Notes under the pieces: generated by a model | Told to the model about the DNA's origin: nothing | The model's input: only the letters and a program-made list of their open reading frames with translations | The model's database searches: none | Virus record (IMG/VR): IMGVR_UViG_3300030095_001216 | Location: 1-41,482 of that record | Source of the DNA: a virus | Taxonomy: Duplodnaviria; Caudoviricetes | Direction: 5' to 3' (one strand) | Length of the DNA: 41,482 bases | Program-made: the position numbers and the translations under genes | Part shown: in pieces, positions 37,025 through 41,482 of the stretch | Numbering within the stretch: the first letter of the stretch is position 1 | How the letters are laid out: each line of letters opens with the position of its first letter

Positions 37025-38277
37025 TAACTTTCCTCACTTTCGTTTTGTATGTTTTTAGTTCTACCCTTGTTATAGCCCTTGCGAACTAACCATGAGAATA
37101 GGTAAGGATATGAGCCCTTATTCTCAGATGTATTCATATAGCTAACGAAGTTAGTATATGATAACCTATTTACTGTATCGGTATCTTTGTCCATACCCAC
37201 AGTTCTTACAAAGTTGCATAGTGCATCTACAAATTCAATGTTTCGCATGATACCTTGTTTGGCAATATTACCTCTGAATACTCTGAACTCAATGGTTTTT
37301 GGTTTGTGTGTTGCCAACGCTTCATACTTATCTGATCTTTGTAATGCGTCTTTGATACCTTTGAATTTCTTAACTGACCATTGTCTAGAATCACGACCTG
37401 CAATAGATTCCATAAATCTAGCATTAGCCTTGCCATTGACGAACACTAATAGCTTACCGATTTCAAGTGGTGTTAGTGAAGTGCGATCAACATGAATATG
37501 CATACCACAAGTTTCAGTATGCCATGATGATAGTTGATCTGAATAGTTTGCCTCACAGAATTTAGTCCAACCCTCTTTGAGTGCTGATATAGTTGCGGGT
37601 GCTGATACTATTTCAAAACCATTGTGTAGTGATCCGTCATGTTTGCACAATGCAAAGTTATCCATAGTAGTAGATACCATTTCAGCAATATTACTAGAGC
37701 AATCGTTTCGCCTCTCGACTTCTATTTCAGTTGCTAATAGTCGCTTCTCGTTGCCATGATATATGGGGCTGAGTTGTTCAGTCACATCATAATCATAGCC
37801 GTATACACCATTGTGATATCCGTCATCTTCCTCATCATATGGGTAGTCATCATCATGGTAGTATTCGTCATGCCCATCGTGGTATCTGTAATTATCACTA
37901 CAACAAGAGCCTACATAGTTGTCATATCCTGCAACATATATACTATCGTCCATATGAGCAGTGCAACCACAGTCATTACATTCTGTATAGCTATCTGACA
38001 TACTTTCATAAAGGTTTGCGATATGCCTCTCAAGAGAGTAAGCCCTTGAGGCGTTGTGTCGATCTGCGTTTAAGTAAGATGATCTTACAAGGTGTCTAAC
38101 TCTTTCGTATGCGTCTTTGATACCTTCATACAATTCTATATCCTCTACACCATACTCGTCTGTAAAGTCGCTAGACGAATAGTTATCATACTTCAAATGG
38201 GCATACATACCATATAAAGATAACTTACTACCAAAGTTTAAGCAGTTCTCGTTTCGTAGTTTACTTAATAATGTCAT
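37024..38277 (-). CDS. Amidoligase (COOH-NH2 ligase, glutamine synthetase-like fold)
   Basis: EIEVE, KHDGSL..GFEIVS.P, CGMHIHV and TIEFRVF; N-terminal Cys cluster and acidic Y/D/H tract. Confidence 0.85.
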   Translation of the reverse strand: MTLLSKLRNENCLNFGSKLSLYGMYAHLKYDNYSSSDFTDEYGVEDIELYEGIKDAYERVRHLVRSSYLNADRHNASRAYSLERHIANLYESMSDSYTECNDCGCTAHMDDSIYVAGYDNYVGSCCSDNYRYHDGHDEYYHDDDYPYDEEDDGYHNGVYGYDYDVTEQLSPIYHGNEKRLLATEIEVERRNDCSSNIAEMVSTTMDNFALCKHDGSLHNGFEIVSAPATISALKEGWTKFCEANYSDQLSSWHTETCGMHIHVDRTSLTPLEIGKLLVFVNGKANARFMESIAGRDSRQWSVKKFKGIKDALQRSDKYEALATHKPKTIEFRVFRGNIAKQGIMRNIEFVDALCNFVRTVGMDKDTDTVNRLSYTNFVSYMNTSENKGSYPYLFSWLVRKGYNKGRTKNIQNESEES

Positions 38278-38309
38278 TAAAACCTCACTCTCATTTCATT
38301 ATTAAAATT

Positions 38310-38354
38310 ATTATACAGATAACCACGCCAAAGTAAATTGTCCACTTTGACGCA
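38310..38354 (-). promoter_or_regulatory. Early promoter with upstream TGCGTCA box
   Basis: TGCGTCAAAGTGGACA, then TTTACT-16 nt-TATAAT. Confidence 0.6.
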
Positions 38355-38387
38355 GTTATAACTTTGTTGAAGTCGATCTTCAGCATA

Positions 38388-38654
38388 TCAACTGCCGTTA
38401 ATAGCTGTCGTGTCGACTTTAACAGAATTTTCAGCTGACATTGAATTGCTAGTATATAATACTGTAAATCCTTGTTTTTTCAGCTGAGTATTAAATCGTG
38501 AATAGGTGCTTGGATATGCCTTGCCTTGCCTATCCAAAGTCGGTGTTTCAGTATTTAAAAATGTCATAGCGAACTCATATAGTGCTTTCACATTTCCGAA
38601 TACCTTAGGCACATCTAAGTAATTAGATTGTGCCAAATATACAGTTTTTGCCAT
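38388..38654 (-). CDS. Early hypothetical protein
   Basis: GGGGGG RBS; coupled to the upstream gene. Confidence 0.6.
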   Translation of the reverse strand: MAKTVYLAQSNYLDVPKVFGNVKALYEFAMTFLNTETPTLDRQGKAYPSTYSRFNTQLKKQGFTVLYTSNSMSAENSVKVDTTAINGS

Positions 38655-38655
38655 G

Positions 38656-38871
38656 TTATTTTACCCCCCATGCTTCCTGTAAATCGTTTATATTTAGATT
38701 GTCGTGTCGTTTGTTAGATTGTGATTGTATTCGATCAGCAAATCTATGCTTATCAAATCTGTTATTACTACAAGCCATGATATAAGTTAAATCATCAACC
38801 ATAGCTTTTGTAGGATTATGTTTTGCTATTAAATCAGCAAATTCTATAAATTGTTTTCTTGTTAATGCCAT
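38656..38871 (-). CDS. Early hypothetical protein
   Basis: Start revised to MALTRKQF; TRK.F..A..N.RFD..RF motif common in early phage genes. Confidence 0.65.
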   Translation of the reverse strand: MALTRKQFIEFADLIAKHNPTKAMVDDLTYIMACSNNRFDKHRFADRIQSQSNKRHDNLNINDLQEAWGVK

Positions 38872-38872
38872 G

Positions 38873-39046
38873 TTATTTCCCCACCAATTCAATGCGTATT
38901 TCTTTGGCAGTTGTCAACATTGTGTGTTTTAGTTGATCAAACTCATCTTCAGAAATTAATCCGTCATTCATATAATCTCGCCATTTTTGGATAAGATTAT
39001 TTTCTACTCTATTAATAGAGAGCATTACGTTTTCGTTTACTTTCAT
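38873..39046 (-). CDS. 57-aa SHOCT-like protein (not in ORF track)
   Basis: GAGGT RBS; ..YMNDGLISEDEFDQLKHTML.. Confidence 0.55.
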   Translation of the reverse strand: MKVNENVMLSINRVENNLIQKWRDYMNDGLISEDEFDQLKHTMLTTAKEIRIELVGK

Positions 39047-39076
39047 TTTTATTACCTCACAATTTAATATAAGTAT

Positions 39077-39120
39077 AGTATAACACCATGATTTTAAAAA
39101 TCACTGTGCAATCTGTCGCA
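39077..39120 (-). promoter_or_regulatory. Early promoter with upstream TGCGACA box
   Basis: TGCGACAGATTGCACA, weak -35, TGtTATACT extended -10. Confidence 0.6.
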
Positions 39121-39130
39121 CCTAGCAGAA

Positions 39131-39361
39131 TTATCTGCTAGACGCTAATTTCATATATTTATCGTAGTCGGGGTGTTGTTGTGCTTTTCTAAGTAAAGCC
39201 ACGCGACCACCATCACCAAGCCTTTGATTTTCACTACTAAAGACATAACCCGTAAAAACGGATTTTGCTGAACTTTCGTATTTATCTTTTTGACCATTGA
39301 AAATTGGGGATTTACCAATCGGTAAATAACCGCGTCCAATGATGCTCATTCTTGATTTCAT
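39131..39361 (-). CDS. Early hypothetical protein
   Basis: GAGGG RBS; TTGACT-16 nt-GATACT upstream. Confidence 0.5.
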   Translation of the reverse strand: MKSRMSIIGRGYLPIGKSPIFNGQKDKYESSAKSVFTGYVFSSENQRLGDGGRVALLRKAQQHPDYDKYMKLASSR

Positions 39362-39743
39362 AATCAAACCCTCACAATCTATAATCAGTATCTCACAACC
39401 ATTTTCAAAGTCAAGAACTTCTTTGAGGGTGCGACCAAAATGCTCAAAATAGTCTTACCTTTATTATCAAAGTTAATGACTTTGAATAACAGTTGTTTAC
39501 TTTCTACAATAAACAATCTTTTAAAGTAGTTGTTTAAAGTAGGGTTATGATCTCAAATTCAAATCAATAAATCAATAGAAAAATTCAAACTGCGTTGTTC
39601 TGCCACAGTGCGACAATACGCCGAGTATATGCGACACTATATCCTGCGTCAATTTGCCACATGTGGCATAATGTCGCACCTACTTTTGGGCGTGGGGTGC
39701 CCTACGATTTACACGCATCAGTTTTTCTTCCTAGCTATAACTC

Positions 39744-39775
39744 TAGGCATTAGCCCCCGAAGGGGCTAGTGTCTA
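39744..39775. other. 14-bp stem-loop (C-UUCG-G loop on the minus strand)
   Basis: TAGGCATTAGCCCC-cgaa-GGGGCTAGTGTCTA. Confidence 0.65.
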
Positions 39776-39952
39776 AATTTATTTGGCTACTGTATCATAT
39801 ACCCTTGCAAACCACCCTGTGTCATTTCGCCACACTTTATATATGGGTGCGACATTTCGTGCCTTATATATCGTGTTAGTGTTTCGCTCAACCATTGCCT
39901 TAATTAAAGGATATGATTTATTTTTTAATAATTTTCTTTTTATCATGGTTTA

Positions 39953-39997
39953 AGTCTAGCACGATTTGAAAAAAATTTATATGTGCGATTTGTCGCA
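39953..39997 (-). promoter_or_regulatory. Promoter with upstream TGCGACA box
   Basis: TGCGACAAATCGCACA, no clear -35, TGcTAGACT extended -10. Confidence 0.5.
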
Positions 39998-40183
39998 GGG
40001 GTTTTGGGGGGTTGTTCATAGTTTGTTCCAGTATATGAAACATATATAGTGGTAATAAAATATTACTTTTACGGGTAGTATGGTAGCGAGGTATTGGGGT
40101 AGGATCTATATATTAACCCCCACCCCCAAAAAACGCAACGCCCACATACATACATATGCGTCAGAAAAAATTTTAGCAAAAAT

Positions 40184-40399
40184 TTAGACTTTTTTATTTT
40201 CGCGTCTAAGCTGGTGTATGTAATCGTGCAGGCGCAGATCAGGTCTGTTAGGATTTCGCGTGCCCCTCTCCTCAGTAAGATAAGTAGAGAGTATATCCAC
40301 AAATTCCTTAGGGCTCAGGTTATTAGATAGCGTTTTCAAATAGCGGTTTATGTGCCGCTTCACTTTTTCTGGGGTTAGTATTCTATGGGATTCTTTCAT
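40184..40399 (-). CDS. Small basic hypothetical protein
   Basis: AAGGAG RBS upstream of MKESHR. Confidence 0.55.
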   Translation of the reverse strand: MKESHRILTPEKVKRHINRYLKTLSNNLSPKEFVDILSTYLTEERGTRNPNRPDLRLHDYIHQLRRENKKV

Positions 40400-40427
40400 A
40401 GCGCGCGCTAACTCCTTCCATTTGTGC

Positions 40428-40501
40428 GAGGGGGTATGCCCGAAGGCATTTTTAACCCCCTCTTCTTACAGGAGACACCCTCGGGGAGAGGGATGCTGTA
40501 A
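40428..40501 (-). ncRNA. Candidate structured leader/ncRNA (two hairpins)
   Basis: GAGGGGGT/ACCCCCTC outer stem plus ATGCC-cgaa-GGCAT; TTACAG/CTGTAA plus CCCTC/GAGGG; lies downstream of a TGtTATGAT -10. Confidence 0.4.
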
Positions 40502-40518
40502 TGCTATCATAACAACCC

Positions 40519-40547
40519 TTGTTTACACAAGAGGTCTATGTTATAAT
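40519..40547 (+). promoter_or_regulatory. Promoter for the terminase operon
   Basis: TTGTTT-17 nt-TATAAT with TG extension. Confidence 0.6.
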
Positions 40548-40555
40548 TTTTTTAT

Positions 40556-41017
40556 ATGGATACAAATAAACCCTTGACAGGGAGACAAGAACTATTCTGT
40601 CAGGAATACATTAAGGATCTAAACTCAAAGGCAGCGGCAAAGCGGGCAGGTTACTCAGACAAAGTAGCAGACGCGAAGTCGTACCAGTTTTTGAAGATGG
40701 ATCGTATTAGAGATAGAATATCAGAACTTAAAAAAGATTCTATGAAAAGACTGCAGCTTGATGCAGATGATATACTAAGAAGGTTAGTGCGTATCGCGGA
40801 TCAAACAGAACAAACAGGTGATTACAATGCAGCCATTAGAAGCTTAGAGTTGTTGGGGAAACACAAAGCACTATGGACAGATAAGACTATAAATGAAACT
40901 ACTTTAGTAAATGCATTTGCATCTGGTAATTCTGATGAAGACATACAACGAGATGTAGAACGTTTAAAGAAAATTGCTACACCTAAATTAAAAGTTATAT
41001 CGGGAGACAAGAAATGA
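40556..41017 (+). CDS. terS: Terminase small subunit
   Basis: LT.RQELFCQEYIKDLN..AA.RAGYS N-terminus; A.RSLELLGKH. Confidence 0.88.
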   Translation: MDTNKPLTGRQELFCQEYIKDLNSKAAAKRAGYSDKVADAKSYQFLKMDRIRDRISELKKDSMKRLQLDADDILRRLVRIADQTEQTGDYNAAIRSLELLGKHKALWTDKTINETTLVNAFASGNSDEDIQRDVERLKKIATPKLKVISGDKK

Positions 41018-41115
41018 TTTTAACACCTAAGCTAGAACCGTACGCAAAACAACCAGACATAGATATCTATTCTCAAATAGTTTTGTGGGGCGGCATTGCA
41101 TACATCAGAAGATAG
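41014..41115 (+). CDS. Possible 33-aa peptide between terS and terL
   Basis: GGGAG RBS; ATGA overlap with terS; MILTPKLEPYAKQPDIDIYSQIVLWGGIAYIRR. Confidence 0.4.
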   Translation: MILTPKLEPYAKQPDIDIYSQIVLWGGIAYIRR

Positions 41116-41482
41116 AGACGCAGCCACTAGGCTAGCGGTTAAACAAGCCAGGGATGACTTATTAGCATTTGTGATGCTAATGAATCCTAGCTTTAATGTA
41201 GGACCGCACCATCGTTTACTTTGTGATCAACTAATGCAGTTGGAACAAGGAGAAACTGATCGTCTCATGGTCTTCGTTTCTCCTCGTTCTTCTAAATCTT
41301 TAATCACATCTACTTACTTTCCTGCTTGGGCGCTGGGTCGTAACCCCTATTGGCAAGAGATAGCAGTATCTCACTCAGATGATTTAGCAACTAAGTTTGG
41401 TAGAACTATTCGTGACATCATAAATACAACTGCATACAATACAATCTTTCCTAAAGTTAAAATTAGAAAAGATAATCGTGCG
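41096..41482 (+). CDS. terL: Terminase large subunit, N-terminal part (runs off the window)
   Basis: Open frame from TTG 41096: ARDDLLAFV..HH..RLMVFVSPRSSKS..FPAW.LGRNP..SHS.DLA..FGR. Confidence 0.85.
   Translation, partial: MHTSEDRDAATRLAVKQARDDLLAFVMLMNPSFNVGPHHRLLCDQLMQLEQGETDRLMVFVSPRSSKSLITSTYFPAWALGRNPYWQEIAVSHSDDLATKFGRTIRDIINTTAYNTIFPKVKIRKDNRA

Larger units (their letters stand above)
39430..39997. repeat. Cluster of degenerate TGCG[A/T]CA-N-TGnCACA boxes
   Basis: Copies at 39430, 39591, 39609, 39630, 39645, 39662, 39818, 39848 and 39982. Confidence 0.75.

Noticed and set aside
17397-38099. Plus-strand ORFs inside the minus-strand genes (e.g. 17397, 22060, 24574, 29143, 37187)
   Set aside because: Antisense shadows with no independent support.
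39590-39680. Box cluster as a mini-CRISPR array
   Set aside because: Units are short (7-17 bp), degenerate, in both orientations and irregularly spaced.
39779-39895. 38-codon minus-strand ORF (MVERNTNTIYK..)
   Set aside because: Weak RBS and overlaps two regulatory boxes; cannot be distinguished from chance.
40069-40577. ORFs 40069..40302 (-) and 40350..40577 (+)
   Set aside because: They run through low-complexity or hairpin DNA, lack RBSs and overlap better-supported features.
1-41482. tRNA genes, integrase, RNA polymerase, stop-codon reassignment
   Set aside because: No cloverleaf, recombinase or RNAP motifs seen; genes tile densely under the standard code and end with all three stop codons.

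Overview
AT-rich (roughly 35% GC by eye) segment of a tailed dsDNA phage genome. It is most consistent with a marine podovirus-like phage; an alphaproteobacterial host such as SAR11 is an inference, not shown. The + strand (1-16649) carries tail/C1q-like proteins, a P22 gp10-like virion protein, three probable ejection proteins and a 2723-aa polyvalent protein (zincin, ADP-ribosyltransferase-like and PLxRxG/LPD39-like regions). Next come a minus-strand HTH-metallophosphoesterase and a + strand cluster of tiny basic proteins with a holin-like protein and a lysozyme. A long minus-strand arm (20.8-40.4 kb) holds nrdA/nrdB, a DUF3987-like ATPase, a family A polymerase system split into a UDG-like/exonuclease gene and a His762 PolA gene, SSB, a Sak4-like ATPase, a PD-(D/E)XK nuclease, GGCT, a DenV-like glycosylase, a class II glutamine amidotransferase, an amidoligase and small early genes. 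A largely non-coding control region then leads to terS and the start of terL. Three signals stand out. (1) The octamer GGGGGCAC (consensus AGGGGGCACG) occurs 11 times across the window in both orientations and several reading frames. (2) TGCG[A/T]CA boxes resembling alphaproteobacterial RegA/PrrA sites cluster in the early region, and four sit at a fixed 38-39 nt upstream of a -10 hexamer. (3) The proofreading exonuclease is split across two non-adjacent genes. There are also candidate structured RNAs. All family assignments come from motif recognition by eye; no database search was run.
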